Source: an uncultured Chloroflexia bacterium
Lineage (GTDB): Bacteria; Chloroflexota; Limnocylindria; Limnocylindrales; CSP1-4
DNA length: 64,000 nucleotides
Direction of reading: 5' to 3'
Assembly: GCA_963810725.1 (NCBI GenBank)
Contig: CAWEOO010000004.1
Coordinates: forward strand, 1,840 to 65,839
Part shown: in pieces, positions 1 through 10,309 of the stretch
Layout: each line of letters starts with the position of its first letter
Position numbering within the stretch: position 1 is the first letter of the stretch
Program-made: the position numbers and the translations under genes
The notes under the pieces: generated by a model
What the model was told of the DNA's origin: nothing
The model's input: only the letters and a program-made list of their open reading frames with translations
The model's database searches: none

Positions 1-800
1 GACACGACCCGCATCAGGGGTCAGACGCGCCAGGTGGTCGATGCGGCCGATGTCGCCGTAGGCTCTCAACAGGTGCCGGTCCTCGTCCGGCGTCAGCTCG
101 TGGTTGATGCTGAAGTTGCCGAGGTTGAAGAACGGGTCGCCCATGCCGGCGTACTCCCAGTCGACGATGCGGATGCGCGCACCGTCGTCGATGAAGTTCG
201 CGTTGAGGAGGTCGTTGCGGCACGGCCGCATCTCGACCGGGTTCGCGAGGCAGGCCATTTCGAGACCGGCGGCCGACAGGGGCGGCGATATCGTATGCAT
301 CCGGGGGAATCCGTACTCCGCGGGCGGCCGCCAGCGCTCGGTAGGCCTCCACGATCCGCAGCGGCACGAACAGACCCGGGATGGCCGGGCCCTCGTGGAT
401 GCGCCGCAAGAGACTGTGCCACGCGCTCCAGGGTCGCCGGCTGGTGGACGGTCACGTCGCTGACCGGTGAGCCGTCGATGAAGCGCGTGACGAGGTAGCC
501 CTCGGGGCGGATGAACGCGGTCACCTCGGGGCCCACGCCGACCCCCGCGGCGGCCACGGTCGCCGCGTGCTCGACCTCGCGGTCGATCCCAAGCAGGTGC
601 GTGTCGTTGCCGGCGAGTCGGATGACGTAGCGGTCGTCGGCACCCGGGATGGTGACCAGGAAGTTTCGGTTCGTGATGCCGCCGCTGAGGGCTGGGAGGA
701 CGAGCACGCGCCCGGCCAGCTCGGGCACCCGCTGCATGGCCGCGACGAGGTGGTCACGCAGCTCGCCGACGAGGATGTGGTCGTTCGTCATCACAACCAC
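1..800 (-). CDS. Choline/ethanolamine kinase-family phosphotransferase (frameshifted, runs off left edge)
   Basis: N-terminal LSGGITNRNF...YVIRLAG; other frames give CRNDLLNANF and IVDWEYAGMGDPFF, the kinase catalytic and Mg-binding motifs; several single-base shifts. Confidence 0.8.
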
Positions 801-878
801 CCTATCCGAGGCGGCATGCGATGCGACGCGACGATCGCTCGCCGCGCCGCATCGCCCTCCTCCCGGGAAACTGCAGGA

Positions 879-2455
879 TCAGCCGATGACGGCCTCACCG
901 GTGGCGGCATCGGCCTCCACGTGGTCCTCGCGGCCGCGAGCGGCCACGAGGTAGTAGACGATTCCGGCGATGGCGATCAGGAGCACGGTCCCCTCGAAGA
1001 ACGGGATGTCCGGCAGCCACGAGATCGGGTTGCCACCGAGGTGACCAGAGTCAACGAGGGGTTCGTGAGGTCGCGCAGGTCGGATCCGAACCCGGCGCCG
1101 AACAGCGCTGGGTCGCTCCACAGGGCGAAGTTGATGAGCATCAGCCCGCCCGAGATGAGGGCGAGGACGTTGATCACGAGACCCCAGCCGCCGAGCTTGA
1201 ACCAGGCCTGCTGGTGCGGCCAGCCGCGTAGCCGCGCCAGAGGACTCCCAGGTTGCACAGCAGGTAGGAGAGGTAGATGAGCCCGGTCGCGCCGGTCGCG
1301 ATGAGGCCCGGGCTGTCGGTGATGAAGAACGGGATGGCCGCGAGGACGCCGACGGCGACCGCGGCGTTCGTCGGCGTCCGTGAGGTCGCGTTGACGTTGC
1401 CCCAGCGAGCCGAGCGGCAGACGGCGGTCGCGGCCCATGGAGAACATCAGGCGGGTCGTCGCCCCCTGGATCGCGAGCGTACAGACATAGACGGCGATCA
1501 GGATCACCAGCAGGTAGACGTTGCCGAACGTGTCACCCAGCGCCGCCTTGATGGCGGTGGTGATCGGCGCCGGGTCGGTCAGGGCGGCCGTCATGTCCGG
1601 CGTCGCCAGGATGATCGCGAGCAGGAAGATCGCGCCGACGATGCCCGACAGCCAGATGGCCGACAGGATGCCCCGCGGCGCCTGGCGCGACGCGTCCAGT
1701 GTCTCCTCGCCGAACGTCCCGGCGGTGTCGAACCCGTAGACCACGAACAGGCTCATGAACATGGCGACCGCGAAGACCGGCAGGTAGCCACCGGTGTCGG
1801 CCGTCTCGATGCCGGCCGTCGTCGTCAGCACGGACAGGTCCTGCACCCGGAAGAACAGCAACAGGATCAGGGCGAAGACCAGCATCCCGAGGATCTCGGC
1901 CGCCACCCCGATGTTGTTGATGATCGACAGCAACCTCGCGCTGAAGCCATTGATGATCGTCGTCGTGACGAGGGTCAGGAGCGCGTAGAAGACGAGGTTG
2001 TTGAAGAACGGCAGCGGCGATGGGTCGCTCAGCTCGAAGCCGACGATACCGGACAGGACGAGCGGGACCGTCCCGGCGACCGCAGTCACCGTTACGACGC
2101 CCGCCCAGAAGTAGGACCAGCCGGTGAACCAGCCGAGCGTCCGGTTGGCCAGGCGCTTGGACCACTGGTAGATGGAGCCCGCCACCGGGAAATGGCTGGC
2201 CAGCTCGGCGAAGTTCAGGGCGACGAACGTCTGGCCCAGGATGATGATCGGCCACGACCAGAAGAACGCCGGCCCACCGACGCCGAGCCCGAGCGCGATG
2301 AGCGTGAACGTGCCGGTCGCCACGCTGATATAGCTGAAGGCGACCGCGAAGTTCGACAGGAAACCCAGCGATCGCTTGAGTTGGCTGATCCCGAGTGAGC
2401 GCAGGTGGGCATCGTCGCGCTCGGCGACATCCTGCGGATTGACGGATCCCGCCAC
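879..2455 (-). CDS. APC-family amino acid/polyamine permease (C-terminal frameshifts)
   Basis: LKRSLGFLSNFAVAFSYIS, AELASHFPVAGSIYQW, GFDTAGTFGEET; many TM segments; GAGGAGG RBS before GTG; true C-terminus in ORF 879..1121. Confidence 0.9.
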
Positions 2456-2567
2456 GATTCCTCCTCATACGGCCGCGCTTGGGGGCCGCGCGACTGACAG
2501 TGGGAGTAACTGCGAGGACGCCTGGGGATTTCCGCCGTGGCTCCCTCAAGCGGGGCGGACCTGCGCG

Positions 2568-2595
2568 AGGATAGCACCACGCGCGGGCCCGTCAA
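2568..2595 (-). promoter_or_regulatory. Sigma70-type promoter of permease operon
   Basis: TTGACG-16 bp-TATCCT with extended -10 TG. Confidence 0.5.
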
Positions 2596-2652
2596 CGCCC
2601 CGTTTTCGGTCATTGGCGACCGTCCTTGAAGGGGGCCTGAGCGCCGCCGCGG

Positions 2653-3753
2653 CTAGGGGTCGAGGCGGTAGAAGCGGAACGAATCGTGCTCGACTGGCAA
2701 GACCGTGAAGCGGCCGAACCCGGCCTCATGCGCGATCGCCTCGAGCGCGGCGGGGCGCAACACCGTGCCCGTCCCGACCGACGGCTGATCGGCGAGACCG
2801 TTGGCCAGGCACGCGACGACGCTGTAGCCATAGAACAGCCGCTCGGTCTCGTCTCCGGGGGCCGTGAAGACCTCCGCCACCCGCTCGTCAGCGACCAGGA
2901 CAGCACCACCCGGCCTCAGGAGCTTTCGAGCCGTCCCGAGGACGGCGGCGGGCTGGGCCATGTCGTGCACAGCCTCGAAGATCGTGACGAGATCGTAGCG
3001 CCCGTCACCCACGGCATCGGCGGCATCGGCGAACAGGAACGAGACGCGGTCCGCGACGCCCTCGCGTTCTGCGTGCCTCCGGGCGCGCTCGATGGACCCC
3101 GCGTCGATGTCGATGCCGTCCACGTTGATCCCCGGGAACGCGCGCGCGATCGAGATCGACGACCAGCCGGTCCCGCACGCCACGTCCGCGACCCGCCCGT
3201 CGCCAGCGCGAAGCTTTGCCGCGATGTCCGGGAGCGCGCCGATCCAGTCGCCGACGTAGGTCGCGAACTGCGGCCGGTTCAGGGCCTCCTGGGCCTCGAT
3301 GACGTCCGGGCCGTAGTCGGCCCAGTCCACGCCCTCGCCCGTTCGATAGGCAGCGAGCAGCTTCGGCATGGCGTGCGCGCTGCCCGTCACGAACCTGGAG
3401 ATCGGCGCGACGAGCCAGGCGCTCGTGGGATCGATCAGGACGGCGGCGTGGCCGTCCGGCAGCGAGTAGCGACGGGCGTCGGGAGCGGCGGCCGCGTCGT
3501 CCACATCCAGGACGGCGGCGACGGCCTGTTGCTCGAGCCATTCCCGCGCGTAGCGTGGATGGATGCCCGCCCGCTCACCCAGCTCGACCGCCGTGGCCGG
3601 GCCTTCGTCGGCAAGCGACCGGTAGAGGCCGAGCCGATCGCCGAGGTAGACGGCCTGCATCTCCAGGGCGCCCAGGGCGGCGGCCATCAGGCGACCGGCG
3701 AGGTCGTCGCGGCGCGCTTCGCCGGTCGCGGCGGGGTCAGCGGTGACGGTCAC
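2653..3753 (-). CDS. Class I SAM-dependent methyltransferase with N-terminal wHTH (Rv2258c-like)
   Basis: LGDRLGLYRSL...RYAREWL N-domain; VADVACGTGW SAM motif; FEAVHD; GGAGG RBS before GTG 3753. Confidence 0.85.
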   Translation of the reverse strand: MTVTADPAATGEARRDDLAGRLMAAALGALEMQAVYLGDRLGLYRSLADEGPATAVELGERAGIHPRYAREWLEQQAVAAVLDVDDAAAAPDARRYSLPDGHAAVLIDPTSAWLVAPISRFVTGSAHAMPKLLAAYRTGEGVDWADYGPDVIEAQEALNRPQFATYVGDWIGALPDIAAKLRAGDGRVADVACGTGWSSISIARAFPGINVDGIDIDAGSIERARRHAEREGVADRVSFLFADAADAVGDGRYDLVTIFEAVHDMAQPAAVLGTARKLLRPGGAVLVADERVAEVFTAPGDETERLFYGYSVVACLANGLADQPSVGTGTVLRPAALEAIAHEAGFGRFTVLPVEHDSFRFYRLDP

Positions 3754-3849
3754 GGAACATCCTCCGGGTTCGACTGTGGAGCGGAGGCGTCGCGCCTTGG
3801 GCGGCACGACGCCACGGAGACGATGCGGTGCCGTGCACGCTCGGCTCTA

Positions 3850-3863
3850 TGGACATTCGTCCA
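3850..3863. promoter_or_regulatory. Possible operator palindrome upstream of methyltransferase
   Basis: TGGAC-ATTC-GTCCA just downstream of a minus-strand GACCAT -10-like hexamer. Confidence 0.3.
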
Positions 3864-3888
3864 ACGATGGTCGCGACGTTCGGAGGCT

Positions 3889-5298
3889 TCAGCCCGCCGC
3901 GACCGCCTCGCGCAACGCGTCGGGGATGGGGCGGTGGACTTCGACCGGGCGGATGTACGCGGTGATCATCTCGCGCGTGCCGTTCACCCCGAGCTCCGTG
4001 TACAGGAATGAGAGCTTGCGCCGCTGAGTGGCCAGGATCTCGTCCTTGGATGGAAGGTCCCACAGCTCACGCTTGAACGGGCCGATCGCCTTCTTGCGGG
4101 TCGTGTAGATGAACTGCTCGTCCGTCTGGTCCGGCTTGCGCTCGTCGGCGCCGTTCGCGGAGCACCACGCCTCGATGGCGCGATGGAGGTCCTCCGGAAG
4201 GGCGGGATGATCGAGGAGCGTGTTCTGGAACCCGGTCGCGAGGTGGATCTCGGCGGTCTCGACAGCCGGGAAGCGGTGGAACAGCTCGTCGGGCAGCGTG
4301 GAGGCGCCGTGCTGGACGGCGCCGGCCGCGCCGTATTCGCGCCGGGCGATCTCGCCGAGCTCGCGCAGGACGTCGAAATCGAGCTTGACCTCCGCGACCC
4401 CGCCATCGGGCAGTGGCACGCCGCCGTGGCTCGTGCCGGTCTGGACGCTGACCTTGCTGACGCCGATGGCGCCGGGCATCCGGGCATCGAGCTCGCGCCG
4501 GTAGCCGTCGAGATAGGCGCGCAATTCCGCCGCGTTCGAGTTCTGCGAGCCGACCTCCCCGATCTCCCCACCGACGCTGACGGTGACTCCGTCCGCCTCG
4601 AGCGTGCGGATCAGCGCGGTCAGCTCCGCCGCTCGCACGTAGTTCTCGCGCTGCTGGTCATCGACGGTCGGTTTGGACAGGTCGACCAGCGTCGAGGAAT
4701 CGATGTCGATGTTGCGGTAGCCGGCATCGATGGCGAGCCGGCAGGCGCGCCGGATCTCCTCCGTCATCAATTCGGGGTCGGCGGCGTATTTCTTCGCATT
4801 GAACTGGTAGTGGTCGCCCTGGATGAACACCGGGGCGCGCCAGCCGGCCGCGATGGCCCCGGCCAGGACCGAGGTCGCGAAGTCGATCGGGCGCTGGTAC
4901 GTGTAGGTCTGCTCGCTGCGGGCGATCTCGAAGATGACCGCACCGACCTCGGCGCTCGCCGCGGCCTCGAATGCCGTTCGGGCCATGTCGAACGTCTGCG
5001 CCCGCAGGTTGATCGCCGGGACCGTGAAGCCCGCCACTTCGCCGCGGGCACGGGCCGTATACAGATCCTGGATGCTGGCGCTCAGCGCCCCGAGCGCCTG
5101 GCTCGCCTCCCAGACGATCCACTGGGCGGCCGAGGTCGTCGCCTCGTCCGTCGAGAACGCCGCGGTCCAGGCGAGATCGCGGATCGCGGTCGACCGGAAC
5201 GCCGCCTCGTCGTCGATGACGAGGACATCGCCCTCGAGGTGGGCGGCCGCCTTGATGGTCGAGAGCAGCTCGGCGGTCGAGGTCGCGACGTGGGGCAC
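3889..5298 (-). CDS. Class II fructose-bisphosphate aldolase-family protein (long form)
   Basis: FTVPAIN, IQGDH, GEIGEVG, GTSHGG, VQHGASTLP zinc-binding motifs. Confidence 0.85.
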   Translation of the reverse strand: MPHVATSTAELLSTIKAAAHLEGDVLVIDDEAAFRSTAIRDLAWTAAFSTDEATTSAAQWIVWEASQALGALSASIQDLYTARARGEVAGFTVPAINLRAQTFDMARTAFEAAASAEVGAVIFEIARSEQTYTYQRPIDFATSVLAGAIAAGWRAPVFIQGDHYQFNAKKYAADPELMTEEIRRACRLAIDAGYRNIDIDSSTLVDLSKPTVDDQQRENYVRAAELTALIRTLEADGVTVSVGGEIGEVGSQNSNAAELRAYLDGYRRELDARMPGAIGVSKVSVQTGTSHGGVPLPDGGVAEVKLDFDVLRELGEIARREYGAAGAVQHGASTLPDELFHRFPAVETAEIHLATGFQNTLLDHPALPEDLHRAIEAWCSANGADERKPDQTDEQFIYTTRKKAIGPFKRELWDLPSKDEILATQRRKLSFLYTELGVNGTREMITAYIRPVEVHRPIPDALREAVAAG

Positions 5299-5438
5299 GG
5301 TGGGGCGTCTCCTTGACGGCGTTCCCCGTCATGGTACGGCGCGACCGGCGGACGGTGCCGCCGACGCCGGACGGTGCCCGCGACACGGGCCGTGCCGCCG
5401 GCTCCAGGCGGTCCCGCCCGCGTGCAACGACAGGCCAT

Positions 5439-5618
5439 CCTTGCCATGCATTCACCTGGCGCGTGGTATCCGCTGAAGGACTCGTGCGAAGGCTGCGATC
5501 CGCCCCAGATCGACGCTTACCACGCACCTGAGTACTGGATGCCAAGGATTCAGGGCCACGTCGCCCGATCTGTGCGCGTGGTCCCGCATACCAGTAACCA
5601 CAGGAGTGAATGCCACAA
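5439..5618. repeat. REP-like intergenic array, family A (three 33-nt units: forward, reverse, reverse)
   Basis: Units 5439-5471(+), 5515-5547(-), 5586-5618(-) align without gaps to YCTTGGCATNCANT-N5-GGT-N3-TGGTA; same family at 43570-43741. Confidence 0.75.
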
Positions 5619-5666
5619 ATCGGCGGTCGCCTCGATCGACAGGCTCGCGACCGCGGTCCGGCGCGG

Positions 5667-6155
5667 TCAGATCTTCGGTTTGACGACCATGAGGAAGACG
5701 ATCGCCACGATCAGTAGCCCCATGCCCATGCCACCGAGCTGGACCCGCCTGATCAGCGCCATCAGCTCGGGCGGCGGACCGCTCGCGCCGGGCGGCGGCG
5801 GCGAGGACGTCATCTGGACGATGCGCTCGACGAGAGGATGCTGCACGAAGAACCCGTAGCCGTAGGCGATCAGATAGAGCACGATCCCGAGCGCGAGCCA
5901 CCAGCGATCGCGCTCGAGCGGGTTGATCCCCACGACCGCGAGCATCGCCAAGCCGGTGATCGGCAGGGTGAGGCCGACCGGCAGGACCCGTTTCGACGTG
6001 ATCGCGTGGCTTACCCGGGTCGCGAAATTGGCATGCTGCGGTTCCGCGCCGCCCATCGCCCCGACGAGCGAGAACGCGAACGTCGGCCCGAAGGCGACGA
6101 TCGCCCCCAGCACGTGCAGGAACAGCAGCCATGGGAACAGCCAGGCCAGATCCAT
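5667..6155 (-). CDS. DUF2269-like integral membrane protein
   Basis: LLFLHVLGAIVAFGP start and IVFLMVVKP end, four TM helices; GGAGG RBS. Confidence 0.75.
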   Translation of the reverse strand: MDLAWLFPWLLFLHVLGAIVAFGPTFAFSLVGAMGGAEPQHANFATRVSHAITSKRVLPVGLTLPITGLAMLAVVGINPLERDRWWLALGIVLYLIAYGYGFFVQHPLVERIVQMTSSPPPPGASGPPPELMALIRRVQLGGMGMGLLIVAIVFLMVVKPKI

Positions 6156-6213
6156 CGAACCCTCCCTCACGTGACCAGCCAAGCGGCGGGTGCCACGCAT
6201 CGGAGGATAGCCC

Positions 6214-8450
6214 CTACGACACCCGCTTCGAACGCCGTCCGACGAAGTCCACGAGCACGTATTCGCCAAGCCGTTCGGGCGTCGCGTAGAACGCCCGGCC
6301 ACGGTTGAGCTTCGTCATGTGGGCCACGAACTCGGCCAGGGCCCGGGAACGCTCCAGCATGAAGGTGTTGATCGTGATCCCTTCCTTCGTGCAGCGCTGC
6401 ACTTCGCGGAGGGTCTCGCTGATCGTCCTGCGGGTCGGCGGGTAGCTGAACTCGACCTGGCCATTCTCGAAATGGGCGGTCGGCTCGCCGTCCGTGATGA
6501 CCACGATCTCCTTGTTGGCCGACGCCTCCCGGGCCAGGATCCGGCGGGCCAGCAGCAGGCCGTGCTGGAGGTTCGTGCCGTACTCGTAGCCGTGCCACGA
6601 CAGCTCGGCCAGGGCGCCGGGCCGGATCTCACGGGCGTAGTACGCGAACCCGATGACGGTCAGGTGGTCGCGCGGGTACTGCGTCCGGATCAAGCGTGTC
6701 GAGCGCGACCGCGACCTTCTTGGCCGCCAGGAAGCAGCCGCGCAGCAGCATGGAGCGGCTCATGTCGACCAGGAGCACGGTCGCGGTGCGGGTGAGCTGC
6801 TCGGTCCGGTAGACCTCGAAGTCGGCCGCGGTCAGTCGGACGCCGCGCGCGCCACGCCGGACCGGCGCGTTCTCCTCGCGAGCGAGCGCATTCGCGAGCG
6901 TCCCCCGCAGGTCCAGGTGGAACGGGTCGCCGAACTCGAACGGCTTCGTCGTCTCCTCGCGCTCCCCGCCGCGCCCGCCGCGGTCCAGCCGATGGCCGCC
7001 GAACGCGTCGCGCTGGAGCCGGGCGAACAGGTCGTCGAGCACCTTCTGGCCGATCTTCCGGCTGCCCCGGGGCGTGAGCTCGAGATGGTCGCCGTCACGG
7101 GTCAGGTAGCCGGCCTCCTCGAGCCGCCGGGCGAGGTCGTCGAGCGTGTCGAGATCGCGGACCGCATCGTCACCCAGCAGCTCGCGGACCTGGTCGCGGT
7201 CGATGTCGGCGAGGTCGCCGGGAGCGTCGACGTCGGTGAGCGCGTCCTCCAGCCGTTCCATCGCCTGTAGCCGGGCGATCTGGGCGAGGGCGCCATCGAG
7301 CGTCAGCGACTCGTCGCCCTCGAAGCGGACCCGGTCGCCGAGCCCGCCGGGCATCAGCAGGTCCAGGTTCGAGGCGAGCTCGGCGAGGTCGAGCAGGAGC
7401 CGGTCGTCGCGCAGGAGCGCCTCCATCATCGACTCGAGCTCGGCGCGCTGCTCCGGGCTCATCGAGCGCATGAGCGACTGCATCGCGGCCATCCGCTGGG
7501 CGAGCTGGTCGATGATGTCGTCGAAGCTCTGGGCGCCGGGGAAGAACCGGCCGTGCTTGGCGAGGAAGTCGCGCACGTCCGGGTCGCGGCCACCGATCCG
7601 CTCGCGGATGAGCTCGTTGAGGTCGCGGACCATCTCCCGGTTGGCGCTGAGGTCCTCGGGGGTCATGGACCGGATGGCGTCGCTCATCCCGCCGACGAAC
7701 TGGTCCAGGACCTGCTTGCCGAGCCGCTCCACGAGCTCCTCGAAGCGGGCGCGCGCGTCGGGCTCGAGGAAGTCGTACTCGCGCAGGTCGCGGATGCGCT
7801 CGCCGACGTCGCGCGGGAGGGCGTCCAGCTGATCGAGCCGCTTCGCGGCGACGTCGCGGAGCAGCTTCTGGAGGTCGGGGTCGGGTGCATCGGGGTCGGG
7901 GCATCGCCCCCATCCGGCGCCGCGGGCGGCCCATCGGCCGAGGCGTTGGGTGCGGGCGGCGTCGCCGTGGCCTGTCGGCGGAGGCGTCAGGCAACGGCGG
8001 CGGACCGGGCGAGGCCGTGCTCGAGCGCTCGAGCCGGCTTTCGACGCCGGCCCGCTCCTGCGCGACGATCTCCTCCAGCTCCCGCCGGATGTCGCCGAGG
8101 ACGTCGCCGATCTCGAACCGCTCCCGCAGCTCCTCGCGGCGACGGGCGAGCCGATCCATGAGGTCCTGGAGCCCCGGCAGGTCGGGGCGGGTCGGGTCGC
8201 CGCTGCGCCAGCCACGCTCCATCAGCCGGCGCAGCGCCTCGGCGACGTCGCCGTCGGCCATGACGTCGTTCGAGAGCTCATCGAGGATCTCGTCCGCGCC
8301 GAGGTCCGGGACCTGCTGGCTCCCGTCCCAGCGCGAGTAGCGGGCGCGTCGGGCGAGCGCCGCCAGCGCGTCGTCCTCGGCCGCGCCCCGGTGCCGCGCC
8401 GGCGGCACGCGGCCGTCGAGATCACGCGGATCCGGCGTGTAGCCGGTCAT
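6214..8450 (-). CDS. VWA domain-containing protein (frameshifted)
   Basis: RYSRWDGSQ N-terminus, coiled-coil middle, MIDAS VDMSRSM, GTNLQHGL, VITDGEPTAH; spread over three frames. Confidence 0.85.
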
Positions 8451-8474
8451 GAGATCACCGATCGGGCGGCTGCT

Positions 8475-8830
8475 ATCGCTCTCAGCGATCGATTTCGGGG
8501 CGAAGGCGAGGTTCCGAGTCTCGAACGCGTCATCGCACCCTCGTCCGCGGCACGCCCATCGCTCTCAGCGATCTGGTTCGATGACCGTACGGATCCCCAG
8601 ATCCAACGCGACGGTGGGCTTGGGGCCCGGATTCGATCGCTCGGAGCGATGGCTCGCAGCCATCGATCCTGGCCCGAGGCCCGACGCGCGGCCGCCCAGG
8701 AACGCCAGCGCGGTCGCTTCGGGCTCGGTCGATGGCTCAGCGCCGACGGCGGCGCTCCGCGGACCTGCCCGGAAGGCGTATCGACCCCATCGCTGCCGCG
8801 TTCGCCCAGGTATCGATGGCGCACAGCCAC
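8475..8830. repeat. Two abutting REP-like arrays, family D (ATCGCT-N3-AGCGAT and ATGGCT-N3-AGCCAT cores)
   Basis: Cores at 8475-8489, 8558-8572, 8636-8650, then 8649-8663 and degenerate 8732-8746, 8816-8830; spacing 78-84 bp. Confidence 0.7.
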
Positions 8831-8869
8831 CAGCGGGGCGCGGGCCGGCGATCGGTGACGAGCCAACCG

Positions 8870-10300
8870 TCACCGGTGGTAGACCGTTCCGCCTGCGACG
8901 CGCTCCTTGTTGATCCGCCGGGCGAGGTGCAGGCCCTCGAGCAGGAACTCCACGGCCGACGCGACGACGGCCGGCTCCTCGGCCCCGTCGGTCACGTCGA
9001 ACGTGCCGAGATCGCGGACCGCGTCGCGCAAGCCCGGCACTTCGCGCGCCCACGCCACGTATTCGCGCGACGGCGTGCGCTCGCCGGTCTCGACGATGAA
9101 GCCCTCCTCGAACGCCTCGACGACCGGGTCGAGGTCGTCGAGCGTGACGCGGCGCGTGAACGTCGCGTACAGCGCCTTCGTGATGAGCCGCTCGACGATG
9201 CGCTCCTCGGGCGACTCGTCGCCGATGGACTCCAGCTCGACCTTGCCGACCGTCGAGGCCACGACCGCTCCCAGGTCCGAGACGCGCGGCGCGGCCAGCG
9301 ACTCGCCGAGACGGATCGCGCGCTTCAGCGCCGCGGCCTCGAGCACCTCCATGTTCGCCACGGAGACGCGGACCGACACGCCCGACCGCTGGCTGATCTC
9401 CGGGGAGCGGCGCGCGAGGTGCGTCAGCTCCGCGACGGCCTCCTCCATGAACGGCGGCACGACGACGACCGGCGAGCCCTCGGCCACGGCGAAGCGGTGC
9501 TTCTCCTGGCGGACGATCGACATCTCGTCGTCGAGGGTCCGCGGATAGTGCGTCCGGATCTGCGATCCCAGGCGGTCCTTGAGTGGCGTGATGATCCGGC
9601 CGCGCGACGTGTAGTCCTCCGGGTTCGCCGAGGCGACCACGTACAGGTCCAGCGGCAGACGAACGGTGAACCCGCGGATCTGGACGTCGCGTTCCTCCAG
9701 CACGTTGAGCAGCCCGACCTGGATCCGCTCGGCGAGGTCGGGCAGCTCGTTGATCGCGACGATGCCGCGGTTGGCGCGCGGGATCAGCCCGTAGTGGAGC
9801 GTCAGCTCGTCCGACAGGTAGCGGCCCTCGGCGACCTTGATCGGGTCCACCTCTCCGATCAGGTCGGCGATCGTGATGTCCGGCGTGGCGAGCTTCTCGG
9901 CGTAACGCCGGTCGCGCGGGAGCCAATCGACGGCGGTCTCGTCGCCGTCGCGCTCCACGATGGCCTTGGCGGCCGGGCTGACCGGCGCGTACGGGTCGTC
10001 GTTGAGCTCGCCGCCACGGACGATCGGGATCCACTCGTCGAGGAGGCCGACCAGGAGGCGCGCCATGCGGGTCTTCGCCTGGCCACGTTCGCCCAGGAAC
10101 ACGATGTCGTGCCCGGCCAGGATCGCGTTCTCGATCGCGGGGAGCACCGTCTCCTCGAACCCGACGACCGTCGGAAGCACCTCGGCCCCGGTCTCCAGGC
10201 GGTCGAGCAGGTTCGATCGAAGCTCGTCCTTGACGGTCCGCGAGCGCCAGCCGGCGGCCCGCAGTTCGGCGATGGTGGCGGGACGGGCGGGGGTCGGCAT
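8870..10300 (-). CDS. Mg-chelatase-like AAA+ ATPase
   Basis: Walker A variant LGERGQAKTR, DLIGEVDPIKVA, INELPDL, ASANPEDYTSRGRIITPLKDR. Confidence 0.9.
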   Translation of the reverse strand: MPTPARPATIAELRAAGWRSRTVKDELRSNLLDRLETGAEVLPTVVGFEETVLPAIENAILAGHDIVFLGERGQAKTRMARLLVGLLDEWIPIVRGGELNDDPYAPVSPAAKAIVERDGDETAVDWLPRDRRYAEKLATPDITIADLIGEVDPIKVAEGRYLSDELTLHYGLIPRANRGIVAINELPDLAERIQVGLLNVLEERDVQIRGFTVRLPLDLYVVASANPEDYTSRGRIITPLKDRLGSQIRTHYPRTLDDEMSIVRQEKHRFAVAEGSPVVVVPPFMEEAVAELTHLARRSPEISQRSGVSVRVSVANMEVLEAAALKRAIRLGESLAAPRVSDLGAVVASTVGKVELESIGDESPEERIVERLITKALYATFTRRVTLDDLDPVVEAFEEGFIVETGERTPSREYVAWAREVPGLRDAVRDLGTFDVTDGAEEPAVVASAVEFLLEGLHLARRINKERVAGGTVYHR

Positions 10301-10309
10301 GCGGTGTCC

